A DNA stretch of 63,992 bases, filler included, from Basidiobolus ranarum (Eukaryota), in the NCBI GenBank assembly GCA_040143965.1. It is 4 parts of 4 records of this genome, joined end to end, with 100 filler letters (N's around TTAATTAATTAA, not from the genome) between each part and the next. Parts side by side here need not be neighbours in the genome. Positions count along the whole stretch, not along the records: positions 32,551 to 48,688 come from JASJQH010007228.1; positions 48,789 to 63,992 come from JASJQH010007264.1; 2 more parts are not named here. One strand, 5' to 3'. The notes beneath the pieces are model-generated. The model was not told the DNA's origin. It saw nothing but the letters and a program-made list of their open reading frames with translations, and searched no databases. This document shows, in pieces, positions 37,120-50,432 of the stretch. How positions within the stretch are numbered: the first letter of the stretch is position 1; each line of letters begins with the position of its first letter. The position numbers and the translations under genes are program-made.

Positions 37120-38125
37120 TCAGTATTTTTGACCATAGGTTTCTGCCGTAATATTCAGCAGGAGCGGAGCCAGGCGGTCAGGATATTGACGTTTTATGAT
37201 TTCACTTATCTCTTGCGCAGAGTACCCCCGTCCGAACACATAATTATCAAAGAACTCGATGTAATCTATAGTACTTTGCATATCTGTGACTCTAGGTTTG
37301 ACTCCAACTGGGACATGGCCACCAATTACCCTACGTGGATTTAATGATTGAAGATCTATGTGGAGACAACATATGAGAAATAGTTCAACGAAGATGAATC
37401 TACATATACCCACAGCGCACGCTTTCGATCCAGTCATCTCTATCACTTTTCTGCCTAACCTCCTTCAGCCAAACATGCTGGTTCCCTGAATAGACCAAAT
37501 CTCCGGTGATTAAGGTTCTTTGTGAAGGAATCCAAAGCACCGAAACATCATCTATATCCCCCTGTAATGGTTGTAGGAGACGAATTGGCTCATTTTCATT
37601 TCCTCTAAGAGTAATTGTAGTCCCACTGTAAGGCTTTGGAGTAGCAGGATGCTCTGGGATTTCTTTTGGCCCATAAATTGGTCTCCACTCGTTTACTAGG
37701 GATCATTGGTTTAGCAAAGGAAAAGGAAAGATAGACACATTCAGATATTAACCTTTTGATTGTACAATCTCTTCAATCCTTTTTATAACTGCCGGAGTAG
37801 CAATCATAGAGGCATGTGGGAAGGCCTTTAGTAACTCAGTTCCTCCGAAAAAGTGATCAGGATGCTCATTGGTGGCGAAGATTTTAGTGACGGGTAAATT
37901 AGTAGTATTTTTTATGACTTACATCAGACTACGCGCCGCTGAATTTGTAAATGGTGCGTCTACTACCATAGCCTCCTTATCTCCTACAATCAAGCTAGAA
38001 ACACTGAACAAGGCATTCTCAGGTGCACTATGATAATAAACCTTTAACTGGGAATACGACCTGTGCCCTTGTACGCGGGAAATACAGAGTATTAACACTG
38101 GGAATGAAGCCAAGAGGAGTTTCAT
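37120..38125 (-). pseudogene. Secreted metallo-beta-lactamase-fold hydrolase with an in-frame TAA (37919-37921); two introns
   Basis: Signal peptide; MVVDAPFT..ARSLM*VIKNTTNLPVTKIFATNEHPDHFFGG; GDLVY..HVW; LNPRRVIGGH. The frame continues as MBL sequence past the TAA. Confidence 0.75.
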
Positions 38126-38667
38126 GATTGTGCACCTTGATGGATCAACTGTGGACGGTGAGTGCTTATCCAGATTGATGAGCTTTATAAATAATTCCGA
38201 TGCAAGTTTTAAGCCTCAGCATACATAACTATTGAGTAGGCCGCTAATTAACGATTGGTTAATAAATGCTTTGACTTATGTTACCAATGCGAAACTTTTG
38301 CTACACAGTGTTCAGCGATTCTGATCTCATGTTCAAACCCTAATATTTTATCCTTATTTACTTTGCTGTTTTCGCTACGCTAGCTGGACAGGAACATTTG
38401 CTGCGATGTAACCACCCAAACGATCCGTATTGATATTTTAATAATCCCGGGAACATTACCCCCAATATGTATGTATAAAGCAAAAGCCAGCATAGCTTAC
38501 AAGGATTGAGTACGAAGGTAGTAGAGATAGTTTTGATTTTGTACTGTAAAGCAGATAATCAGCTCTGTAATTGATTATACCTTTAAGATAATTGTTTTTA
38601 GAGGGTCAAGTTCTTCAATGGTAGTTGCTATTTTTAGAATATCCCCGTGAAGCGAGTAAGCCATCTC

Positions 38668-40604
38668 TCAATAACCCTCACATTCAACTACCAGAGAAGG
38701 AGCAAAGCACCCTGAATTTTCCCATCCAAAACCATAGAGGGCATGTTTGATCGTGTTTGAATACGTTCCGTTCAAGAATAATGTTAGAGCATTATTTGTT
38801 TCCCATTCAGGCTGGTCGATAATTTCTTGAATAATTTCCTTGATATCTACTGATACCCACACTTCGCCATTTTCGAACGTTTCTGTATTATCGCCCACCC
38901 ACACAACTTTCGATTGAGTCGATGGACGAGTACTAATACGGGTGCTGAAAGGATTGTTGCATACAAATATAGCCGAATTTGCTGTTTTTTCACCGCGAAT
39001 GTCAATAGTGGCAATACCAGAAGCATCTAGATTTCTGTCGTTGGCTAGGATTTGAAGGTATGCTTTGGCAACTTTGTCACCTTTGGATAAAGATACTTGA
39101 TCGAATCGAAGGCTATGTAACATTTGGCTTTCTACTTGACCTTCAGCAACAGCTAGACTGAGGTCTCGATCTCCACACGTTGCGTAACCATTGCTTAGAT
39201 TTTCTGAAGCAATATCGTCTGATTGCTTTACCCCAAATTCAAGGAATTCATGCTTTTGGGATATGACGTTATCAGCTACGGTAATACCCGGAGTCGATTC
39301 CTGAAGGACCAAGGGATTGCCGCGATGTGATGATTTGTCTCCTTGGATATCTGAGATAATATCAAATTTGTCCCAAACCTTTCCGTCAATATCGCGAAAC
39401 TCACAGCGAGCCTTATTCTTCTGACCATTGATATGGAAGGTACATAGCAAAGCACCATAGTCTGATCCGTTCTAAATATCGAATGTTCATGAGTTTGAGT
39501 ACATTTATGACTACATATAAAGAGTTAAACTCAACCGATTTACTGGCCAATGCAGCCCACCATTCGTTTTTGTCGGCATCATCCACCCAAGGATCAATAG
39601 ATTTACCCCCTAAACCAGAAACAACCGCAAACGAATGCCCTGGGCGGAGGTTCAACGTACTATTTTTGCTGGACACCTTCTGCTTAGAGAAGTCGCTCAT
39701 TAAATGCGTTCTAGAGTAACTATGCACATGGCCTATTTAATAGAAACTCAGATTAACCGATGCAGCCTCCACAACATCGAGTAAGATAAGCGTATACCTG
39801 TCAACACCATAGCGCCATGCTTTCTGCACATATCGTAAATTCCGTAACCAGTCTCATCCTCTTTGGATCCTAAGGCAAAGTATGAGCGATGTATACATAA
39901 CTCGTTATTTTCAATCCAAGGTCTAACCTGTCTGATATAATCTTTGATTTTTATGCCAGGCGCAAATTCGCCATACAGTCGGGCTTGACAAGAAGGCATC
40001 TTCGGCATAATCGACATGACCAGTACCCATGGTTCCTACACCTGAAAGAACTATATGCTACGAATCAGGTTAGTATGGAACCGATGACACGATCTCATTG
40101 CCTTTCTTAAATTGGACCTACCAAGCCGTTCCAGTAACACTCCATATTTACTCCCAATTCACCACGGCAATTCTTCATAACTTTGGTTCGATGAAGTCTA
40201 TCCATTAGATAATGGCCATAACCCCATCGACCTGACCAACGCAATATGTCATGGTTTCCTACGGTCGCAAAATATGGGAAATCAGGACCGAGAACAGAAT
40301 CCAGTAGCTGTGTCCACTTGAGGGGCTTGTCTTTATAGTCGAAGTCACCCAAGTGGATTATTCCTTTTGCACCCCATTTTTTCACCATCTTCAAAACTTG
40401 TTTCGACTTTTTCCCAAGGCCTTGATCTCCAAAGAAAGCCACTTTAAGGTTCTTCGGTACGTGAGTTCTTTTCTTCTTCAATTTGTCAATATTGAACTCG
40501 CTCGGATTGATGGTCATCCTTGCGTCACCACCGCAATTTGTTCCAAATGAGTAAACATAAGTGGATGTGATAACGAAACCAAGCAGAAGAACTATCGAAC
40601 GCAT
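38668..40604 (-). CDS. Secreted calcineurin-like metallophosphoesterase with a C-terminal beta-sandwich-like domain (multi-exon)
   Basis: Signal peptide; FFGDQG, HLGDFDY, VGNHD, CAWHKNQ, G|HVHSYSRTH, VVSGLGG; C-terminal LRFDQV.L.KG.KVAKAYLQI...SVDIKEIIQEII.QPEW region. Confidence 0.85.
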
Positions 40605-42144
40605 ATTCTCAGAAACAGATATAATTAACTGAATGCAAACGGAATCATCAGATTGAAGGAACGAGGCTTCTTAAATACACTTGGACATTGTGACGGACTG
40701 CAAAGCAGAACTAACCAATTACATACTGATTCCTAGAGCAGCTCCCTAATGCTGCTCCTTCGAGTATTCGGAACCAATCATCGTGTGTTACCTTCTCAGT
40801 TTCGTCACACTAGATTGTGACTTCAAATAATCTTCGATCATTAGCACACCTTATGGATGATCTCTGTCGAAACGTGGTCCCACTACGAGAGTCTATTGGA
40901 TGATCATGGGGCAGTACAAACTTACCAAATGAGCATCTCTCACCAGTTCTCTGCAAATACAACAGTTCATCGATACCCCCATTATTGGCCAGTCACGATT
41001 GTAACAAGAAACTTTGCAAGATTTCAAAAATCCGTTATTATTGTCAACGAGACACCCAATTGAACATACGAAATCATATGTATTGCGGCCGTGAGTTACG
41101 ATACTAAAAGATCCTATTTGCGGAATGAGTGACATGTGAGAAATCGTGTTGACATTTATCGGTGAATGCATTGTGTTCCATTTGGATTATGGCAACCGGA
41201 CGTTTGCACACTTCCTGATCGGGCTCTCCGCTATCCATAGTTATTCCAATGCACGCCCCAGTAAGGTTTCTGGGACAAATGGAATGAGAAAAAGCCAGCT
41301 CCGTTAGATACGCGATGTAGACTCATCATGTAAGTGATAGATGTTGATCCTGATTTACCGTGAATACATTCAAGCACTAATCATCATTTGGTATCCCTGT
41401 TGTGGTTTACTCGATTTAAAGCATTATGTAAGAACTGCCAAATTCAGTAGCGAAACCTAGTCACCAAATCTGTTGTTACTACCCAGAGACACAATAATGT
41501 ATCCATGATCATAATGTTCAACATACTCATTATGATGGTACAGATGTTACGTAGAAAAGGATAACTGCTTTTCAAAACCCTTCTACAAATATATGTGGTG
41601 TTGGGAGCCTCTCTAATGATTGGCTATACCAGGCTGTGCCGAGATTGTTTCGTTTGGCCAGGTGAATAATGGTGGGGTTCATTCCAAATCACCCTCACAT
41701 TAGAATTTGTCTTCTAAAGCAAAGCTCCTACATCACATCCCCTATATCGTGGAAAACTGCATTAGCAGAGATTTCTGATACAGCTCGGAGTGCCCAAATG
41801 GAGACTTCTTTGGAACGCTTGCCCCTGAGTTAAACTCTAATTCAATTAACCTCAGGGTGTATCAGGATTGCCAACATACTCTAGTAAAACTAATGCAGGT
41901 AATGAAAAAAACCGACGTATACCTTATATTGGTACTGAATTTGATTTATGCATGACATTTAGTGCGCTTGGGTCTTTGCAGTTCACGGTAGTTCCTGAGT
42001 TTTCACCAATGTAGTGTATGTGACTATTAAAGAACGCACTATTGTATCATTCTGATTTTTCACAAACTCATTCGACCCACTATTGTTAGAAAGTGGCACT
42101 CTCTCTTTAATTTAACTCTTGTTTATTATATTTGAACCAGTGAG

Positions 42145-42765
42145 ATGTCTTCAGGGAGAAATAAGGTCTTCGGCAGACCACAATCCTTTTCTGCATTCGA
42201 TTTCTCATACTCACCAATGTACACAGTTCCAGATTACAAGACCCTTGGAATCCCTCGAGTAACAACTGATAACTGGAGTGAGAGGCTGAATTCGAGTCAT
42301 CCTGGCCTCACTGTTCCTAAGAAATCATCCGGAGATGGTCAATCGTTACCATTTGTCAATACCCTCACGAAATCAACCACATCAAGTAGAAATTGGAATA
42401 TGGAAAAGCAATGGAGAGATACCACTAGTCTAAACCCTAAATCCAAGAATAACAAGAACAATACAGGTTCCATTCTCCGTAAATCACGAAAACCAAAGTG
42501 GTTATCACGCTTTCTACATAAATCCAAGTCGATTAGAAAGAGACCTCGTACAAAGCTCAACCTTAGTTTAGAAACGGACAAGATCAAAGCCTCTCGATTC
42601 AATTGGAGTAGACTTTTCACATGGATCACTTTTGTAGGTTCAGAGTCAAATGATATAACTGCCCTATACAGGCCCTCAACCAAAACAAAAACCAGATGTT
42701 CACTATTGTTCACTCCATTCAGACTATTTCGATGCTTGAAACCTAAACTAGCTACTCCAGTATGA
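42145..42765 (+). CDS. Hypothetical basic, Ser/Lys-rich protein (206 aa)
   Basis: 621-bp ATG-initiated ORF in AT-rich DNA; no recognisable domain. Confidence 0.45.
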   Translation: MSSGRNKVFGRPQSFSAFDFSYSPMYTVPDYKTLGIPRVTTDNWSERLNSSHPGLTVPKKSSGDGQSLPFVNTLTKSTTSSRNWNMEKQWRDTTSLNPKSKNNKNNTGSILRKSRKPKWLSRFLHKSKSIRKRPRTKLNLSLETDKIKASRFNWSRLFTWITFVGSESNDITALYRPSTKTKTRCSLLFTPFRLFRCLKPKLATPV

Positions 42766-45570
42766 CATAGGTTCTGTTCTCTATATACCATTTCACGAAA
42801 CTTCTCTTGAGCGGTAAGATCTATTCGTGGCAGAGAAAGTAAAAAGGAACCTGAATAATGACAGATATTTTGGCGCTTATATCTTGAGGCTTTATTATGT
42901 CTTTAGAATTTCGTAATTTTCTCTTAAAAGCTGTCTTATTATCGTCACTTCACTAGTTTCAAATCAATCCGCCTTTTCACTTGTTTTGTATTAAATCAAG
43001 ATCTAGTTATAGTTCCAAACCTATACCTCGTACAATAAATATGTAAATTGCGTTGGTGTGGAGATGATTTATTTAAATCTTACTTTAAAGACCGGTGGTA
43101 GCCACGAGATCAACATGAGCACTCATAAATTGCCTCGATAACGGAGTATAGCTCAGAAAGTACTTGAACTATGATTTTGGATGGAGAAATTATTCACCTT
43201 ATTTGTATTCGCCCGAGGTCATACGAATGAGTAATATTCGGCATTTTCCAATGGGGACGGTAGAGCGAGTAAAATAGGATTGGTTACATTGAAGTAATCG
43301 ATTTTTGGTAAGATATACTGAGCGATGTATGAATCCTGTATCTTCTCCACCTTTGACCCTCTTAGCTCTAGAATTTCTTAGTGTTGAATTAAGAACACTG
43401 GTAGGTTTCTTTGAAAGATGTTCTTGGGCTTTATCAGAGCATGGAGCTGATTATGGAAGGCCATGCCTGCTGCTGTCTCATTACTGCAGTTATTTCTGGA
43501 GAACTTGTTTTTTTATTTATGACATACATACATATATATGTATGTGTGTGCGTGTGTCTCTCGAGTAATCTTCATGTCCCTTGCGGTAGTTCTTGATCCA
43601 ATGAAACAATAAAGCTAATAGCAAATATGATTTGAGTTGACCCATTTCAACCGCTTAGTATATATTCTGGATTACAATATATTAAATGGACTGAATTTGT
43701 TACATTAAAACCACTTTATGATCGTTGACTTCTGACAAGTATTATTCAGTATGCCAACATGAATATAGCATTGTACACTCTGGAAGGATCTAAATAGAAA
43801 GAAAAGTTTTTGGGACGAAATCAAAGCATTTGTTACCAGAACATATCCAAAATGTTGAGCTATAATAAAAAAGAGTGGGGAACAAGTGAGCACAAAAGAC
43901 ATGGATCTTGGCCAGATTCCCGTTGGTTTTAGTACCAGCAACAATATGAACAAGTGTATGGGTATAAAACATGAATAAATACTTGCTGTTGATGGTCATT
44001 GTACTATTTGCTAACAAGTCAAATGTGCTTGGACCTAAAGGTGTATTTGCTATTTACTTGAATTGATGATGTCTCTATGTACCTTAATCATGTTGACAAA
44101 GTAAAATGTCTGTTAATCTTCCTCTTGTGCCTTCTTCACAGAATTCCCAAAATATACTTGACAGGATAGCTAATGAATTATGAGTTGTAGGCTTTACCAC
44201 ATTCCGGTATTAGAAAAGACTTTCAAAATATGAAGTAAACCTAGAAGTACCCTTTCAATATCAGAAAGAAGGTCTAGACTGAGTGGCACTAGAGAGAATC
44301 TGACACCAAAACCCTAACCAAGGATAAAGCTCTTTAATCCTGAATAAATATAATAGTTAGCTTAATCTCCCGATTGTAGCTACTAGCTACCGAGTTAAAG
44401 TATAGACGCTATGTGAACTTTTAAATCTTGAATCCATACACTGCCACTAGCTGAGCAATCGGTCTTACTATGAGGTTGATATGGCTGCACAGTGCGAGTA
44501 CAGAATCACAACCTCGCCGCCAAGCTACAACTATATATGGGAATTTACAACCTGTTGTCTAGATTAATTCCTTATGTAGTGTAGAGAGCTGGGGATCATA
44601 CGCGATGTTGATCATTATGTCAATAACTCCGCCCAGGATGTATATCCACCATACTGTATAATGTTGCTCACCTCATCCTATAAGTATATTTAGCAAAGTC
44701 GTTGGCGTCAGAGAATCACACTTGGCAATGATAGAATATTACCAAATCCATCTTCACACAGCCCTAAATTTCCCACTAAATATAATCTCACGTCATGACG
44801 ATAACCTCAGCTTAGATTCATCGCTGTATTGGATTCATCACCGTGTCTATTGCGGTACACGCCCACATATCCACTCAATCGATCTTGGGCTAACATCACT
44901 CCGCCCCCATAGTGACACCAAGTTTTATCTCTCTATTTTTATATCTTCCAAATGCAGCCGAAGAAAACCAGGGTAGTCTGGAAAAGTTGTTTGCAAGAAA
45001 ATCAAAAATAAAGGCCGACACCGGAAACCTTGCAATCCTGATTGTGTGGTATTTGGTTGTTTCAAGGTTAAAATAATAGGGGGAATGGGAACGGAGTCAT
45101 CAGTAATAGATCCCATGTATTACTATTAGTATCATACCTCTCCCTCCCCACTCCCGTTCCATTAAGTAATGTAACTAATCGGTCATCAATCCTTCATTCG
45201 CCTGCTGAGTGATCGAATGAGGTTTACGTTACGAAATTTTAATCTACCTCAATATTATCAGCTATCAGTTATACGTTGCTCACTTCCCAACGTCGAATCA
45301 GTAAAATGATCCTGATCATATGGTGCAGAAATGATGATCTTATTTTTAGATTTTTTAATCATTGTCCGGGACATGTTTCTACCCCTGATATAGTTGATAT
45401 TGATTGGAGTGGTACCTTGCCCACATAGCTTTAGTGTATATGGATGGTGGCTATTTTGTGGGATTGGGCTGAGGCGATTGGCTTCGATATGGTGCCATCC
45501 TTTATATAAATAATCCCATAGCGGTCGAAGATGACATCGTGATAGACATCTTTGACTTTCTTATCCCTTC

Positions 45571-46896
45571 ATGATGGACAACCGCAAGTTCGCCATTTTT
45601 GTATTATTTGTGTTTGTATGGTTATTGTTCATGGTGGTACCCCACCATTGGAGCGTTGTGGATGAAGCTAAGATCTCTACGAGAACCCAAAATGATAAGA
45701 ACTATAGTCCTGCCTCTAATTTGCCTTGTTTAAATGAAGTGACTCCCAATCCGGAGGAAAAATTCATCACCTACTTAACACACAGCACTTTCCATAATCA
45801 AAGAGCGGCCCTAGAGAATGCCATAATCCTTGCCAGATTACTCAACCGCTCGCTACTTATTCCGAGTGCCTACATGGGTGTTCCATATAACTGGGAGACG
45901 TTCGATAAGCTGTACCAGTTGGAGCATAAAAATAAGAAAGGGAAAGAGCATTGCTCCTCAGCATCCATTGAAAACATGCCACCAGAATGCGCAAGCTACA
46001 CTACATGGACCAGAGTTCCCTGGTCTTACTTTTATGACATATCACCTTTGAAAAACTTCGTAACTCTATATGAAGAAACGGAGATTAACTTTCCTGAGGA
46101 GGATGTTACCTACATCAAGGATTCATCCAAACTGGATTACAAAATCGTAGACGATATCTCGAAAGCAGGTTTAGGAAAATTCGAACGATTGATAAGCATT
46201 GACGAGCTCAAAAAAGACTCATCCAAGCTACTTCATTTCGGTTCATTATTTCTAGCTGGTCGTATACAGCTATTCGATACTGAACTACAAAAGGAAGGAA
46301 ACTTTGTACGGAGTCAGTTTATGGTCTATCGTAATCCTGTCATCGAGAGCGTCAGCAAATCAATCATCCAACAACTTGGTGGTGCTGGAAATTACGCCTC
46401 AATTCACCTTCGTTCAGCCGACAACACCTTTTATAGAAATCTTGATAAGAACGTTCAAAGCATTGTGGAGAGCTTGAGGAGCCGTTTGGGTACAAGTAGC
46501 GACAAGAGCGAGTACAATCAAGATATCATTACATACTCTCCACTGAACTCGATTCCATTGAAGAAAAACAAGCCACCAACCCTTGAGCAGTGCCTTGATG
46601 CCTCTAAACATGGCCAATCTATTGTATATCTAGCTACGGACTCTATGAATCCGCGCTACAACAAAGCTTTTGAGCCTATTTTCAGAGAATTTCCTTGCAC
46701 CTTTGTTATTCGGGACTTCACCAAGTATTTGGGTGCGCTATCGGACGAAACTAACCGTATTGATAAAGTCCGACTTGGCCCACATATGATCCCAATGGTG
46801 GAGACTTTAGTAGCTGCTCGGGCGAGTGAGTTTGTTGGAACGAACGAATCGACGTTCTCAGCCTATATTGAGCATATTCAAAAGCTAAACCTGTAG
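45571..46896 (+). CDS. O-fucosyltransferase-family (GT-B) type II membrane glycosyltransferase
   Basis: N-terminal TM; YLTHSTFHNQRAALENA..LARLLNRSL, LHFGSLF, IHLRSAD, YLATD, FVGTNESTFS. Confidence 0.85.
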   Translation: MMDNRKFAIFVLFVFVWLLFMVVPHHWSVVDEAKISTRTQNDKNYSPASNLPCLNEVTPNPEEKFITYLTHSTFHNQRAALENAIILARLLNRSLLIPSAYMGVPYNWETFDKLYQLEHKNKKGKEHCSSASIENMPPECASYTTWTRVPWSYFYDISPLKNFVTLYEETEINFPEEDVTYIKDSSKLDYKIVDDISKAGLGKFERLISIDELKKDSSKLLHFGSLFLAGRIQLFDTELQKEGNFVRSQFMVYRNPVIESVSKSIIQQLGGAGNYASIHLRSADNTFYRNLDKNVQSIVESLRSRLGTSSDKSEYNQDIITYSPLNSIPLKKNKPPTLEQCLDASKHGQSIVYLATDSMNPRYNKAFEPIFREFPCTFVIRDFTKYLGALSDETNRIDKVRLGPHMIPMVETLVAARASEFVGTNESTFSAYIEHIQKLNL

Positions 46897-47724
46897 TCAT
46901 CATAAGTTATCTTTCTAACTGATCTTAAATGCAAACCATTGTAACAAGTTACCTTTATGTAAGATATATGCCTTTTTCATCACCCTTCTAGCGACCACTT
47001 ACCACCTGTACATCCAACGCTTTATCTCATGTTATCCATCCTCACTCATTTACCTTGTTTATTTTAAGCCGCTTTTCAACTCTACGAGTTTTTGTTTGAT
47101 ACGCGAAAATACTTGAGAATTTTCCAATAAATAGCCATATATGATTCAAGCATAGTACACGAGCAATTCTCTTCCTTCATCTGTTAAAGTGAATAGAGTT
47201 AACTAATAATAGCATACCAAATTCATACGGGGTTTAAGCGAACATCATGTTATTGGGTCATACTGGAACAAAGGTAACAATTTGGCGTGCGTGTCAAATT
47301 TGTACAAATCACCAAAAATAGGACAATATGACGATTTGAGAATTCTCTTACCAAAGGGAGGTATGTGCGAATCATTGAAAATAATGGGGAAGTCAATTTA
47401 CCGTAGTACACGATACCAAGAAATATCCCGTTTCCGACTGGTGTGGCGATTTTGTATTCATCTTCGAGACAATCGTGATTTTGGCGCCTGAGTGTGAACG
47501 GTTATCTTTCCGACACTCATTTCATTCGTGATTAATCGTGGACTGTGAGTGATATTCAATCAATCTTTAATCGGTCAGTTAATTACAGTGATATTATTGG
47601 ATACAGGGATTTTAACAATGTATGATGAATGAGTTGGAATGGATGCAAAAGTTTGAAGTATAATGCGATGTAGAGGGGAAGGGATAGGGAGAAATTTGCT
47701 GGTAAGGGCGAGTTCCCTGTTTCA

Positions 47725-48688
47725 TTAGTACTTCAGATTCAGGGGGTCAGAATACCCCAAGTACTGATTATGCATCCGCCGAACGTACATTGAGAAGGTC
47801 GATTGATTCGTTCCCACGTAAAGCTCTCCTTTAGCAGCGGAGATAGCATCAATCATGGGTATGAGGTATTTACCGATAGATGTGCCATCCCAGGGATTTC
47901 TCTCTTCCTGAACATCTGTAAGGTTACCTATAAAGTCTGAGAGAATAAAGGTACATGGGAATCTTCTAAAGACCTGGGAGAAATCGGATCTTTCGCGAGG
48001 GTTTCGAGCGTCGGTAGCCAGATATACTAGTGGTGAATTAGAAGCGACATCTGGGTGACGTTCAAGACATTCGGTTAGTGATAAGCGTTCTTCTGAAATG
48101 GGCTGTTCATCCAGAATATCTTCATTATACTCTTGGTCTCTACTCATGGCTAACATTCGATTCATTAGCTCTAGGATTCCTTTAGCATTCTCCTCTACTT
48201 TGTAACTAAAGCCACCATCACCAACTCGTAGATGAATCCCAAGATACTTTCCAAGGCCTCCCATTTGATCCACAATCGATTGAGATACTCTCATTAAAGT
48301 AGGATTGGTGAATTGTAACCTGTCTAATATGGATTTGTACTCGATCTTATTTTTGCGTATTAACGTAGTTACTCGGAGGTTTCCAAAAATTGAGCCGATA
48401 TGAAGTAGTTTTTTAGAGATTTTTTGAAGCTCAGATATCATAATTTTTCTCTCATATTTCCCAACCACGTATCCTTCTGGATAGTAGTCGAATATACGAT
48501 AATCATAGAGTGACGTATCTTTGATAAAGTGAATATCTTCGTCCATAGAGATCCCATATTCTTGTAAACTTGATAGACTCATGTCGTCTCTCTCGATGAA
48601 TCGAATAAATCCTTGAAGTGAATCCAGGCTATAGATAGAATTCCACGGGAGCATGGTCCACCCAGAGTAAAGGGAGCATTTCTTTGGC
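47725..48688 (-). CDS. O-fucosyltransferase-family paralog, 5' end truncated by scaffold end
   Basis: PKKCSLYSGWTMLPW, LHIGSIFG, IHLRVGD, YLATD, FPCTF, YVGTNQSTFS; open frame runs into the linker. Confidence 0.85.
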
Positions 48689-48788
48689 NNNNNNNNNNNN
48701 NNNNNNNNNNNNNNNNNNNNNNNNNNNNNNNNTTAATTAATTAANNNNNNNNNNNNNNNNNNNNNNNNNNNNNNNNNNNNNNNNNNNN
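48689..48788. other. Artificial scaffold linker
   Basis: N44-TTAATTAATTAA-N44. Confidence 0.95.
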
Positions 48789-50432
48789 GGAAAATCATTT
48801 TGTGGGCCTCAATCAAAGTTAGGCAAAGTAGTCAAAATCTTGATTAATTCTCAATACATCCATACTCAAAGATATCCATTGAGAGCTCTAGACTTAAGAC
48901 ACTATGAATAAAGCTTTCATTATCTTTTGAATGTGCAATAATGTCTAAAAGTACTTTTCTTAAACATACCACATAAGTAAAATAAGCTGTTTCCAAAATG
49001 GTAAATAACATTGTGCCGGATAGTGCCCAATCATGCCAATTTGTGCTGGCACACTTTTTAGCTGGCCTGATCTGGCTCAATAAAAAGGAACAAGTCTAAA
49101 CATTACATCTCTCCACTTACGTAACTTCTGCATTTTGGTATCAAACAGTCTGTAAGCCTAAGATCTCTCACAGTTGCCACAAAATATGCATTTTCTGCTT
49201 TTGGTATCCATATTGCAGCATTTTTGAGCTCGCATCAGGCAATATACTGTGCAACCAGCAATCTTGATATGATCCAGACTTGGTTATGATCCATATAGGG
49301 CTTCAATTGGAGTAGAATTTTGTAGCAATCTTGTTGGGCATCTGTTTTTGATATAGACTACAGTTCAGACAGATTCAGCCCAATATTGGTAATGTAACTT
49401 TTGATCCTGTAACATTAATCTTGCCATCTTCACTATGGTCCCATAAGCACTTTGAGCAAATCCATTTTGTTGTGGAGTATAAGGTACAGTGGTATGTTGC
49501 TTCATTCCGTTGTGACATCAAAATCTGGTGAAGTCTTTTGAGTGGTACTGTCCACCATTATCACCTCATAGTATCCTTTTTTTTGTGCTGATTCTTCTTC
49601 TACCATTGCTTTGTGATGTTTGCACATAGCTCAGTCTTCAGATTTGCATTTGAGAAAGAATACCCAAGTATATCTTGTTTTATCATCAATAAAGCTCATA
49701 AAGAACTTATTCCCACCTAGTGAGATGCTTTTTATGGGCCCACAGAGGTCAGAATGAGTCAGGGCAAAGTTCTGAGAGAATTTGATCTCTCCAGAGCTTG
49801 AAGCTGACCGTCTGTATTAGTTTCCATATATGCCACCCTCTCACATATCCAAGTTAGTGATATTTTCCATTCCTAAGGCTGAGACAAGCTGATTTCAGAT
49901 CATTTAGGTCTGTTTTTGTTCCCCAATGTGGCCTAATCTTCTATGCCATGTTTGACAGCTAATTTCACCGGTTTTGGCCAGGTTTGCATGCTTAGAATGC
50001 AATTTGCTGAATTCTAGCATGTTTATGTTTTGACTTTTGAGCCAAGTAGCTAAGTTGAAATTATTCTGATCTGTGAGTGCGCATCCACACAAAGTTAAGT
50101 CCACGAAATTTAATCCCTGAGTTGTTGCTTGGCTTACTGAGAGTAGATTCTTGGCCATATCTGGTACATAGAGTATCTCATCAAATTTTGCAGATAGTGT
50201 ATCTGGATTTTGGTCTAAATTAAGTACAGCTGTGCCCTGACCAACTGCATCTAGTAGATAGTCATCAACCAAGTAGACTTTCCTAGTTTGGATTGGTTTT
50301 GAGCTGGAACACCAATCTTTCTAGTTTGATATATGCAGGGAAGCTTGTGACTCACTATACCACATTTCTGAGTCTTCTATAGTGGATACTGATAAAGCAG
50401 ACACAAATAAAATGATCCCTATTGGTGCTTAC

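Noticed and set aside
16600-38125. TAA/TAG reassigned to Gln (in-frame stops in the repeat gene, MFS tail and MBL gene)
   Set aside because: Septin, kinase, EBP, GH9 and fucosyltransferase genes end at TAA/TAG and contain no internal ones; ordinary nonsense mutation explains the stops better.
16182-48788. TTAATTAATTAA flanked by Ns, three times, as a biological repeat
   Set aside because: Identical 100-bp all-frame-stop spacers separating similarly sized pieces are an assembly concatenation artefact; no synteny should be inferred across them.
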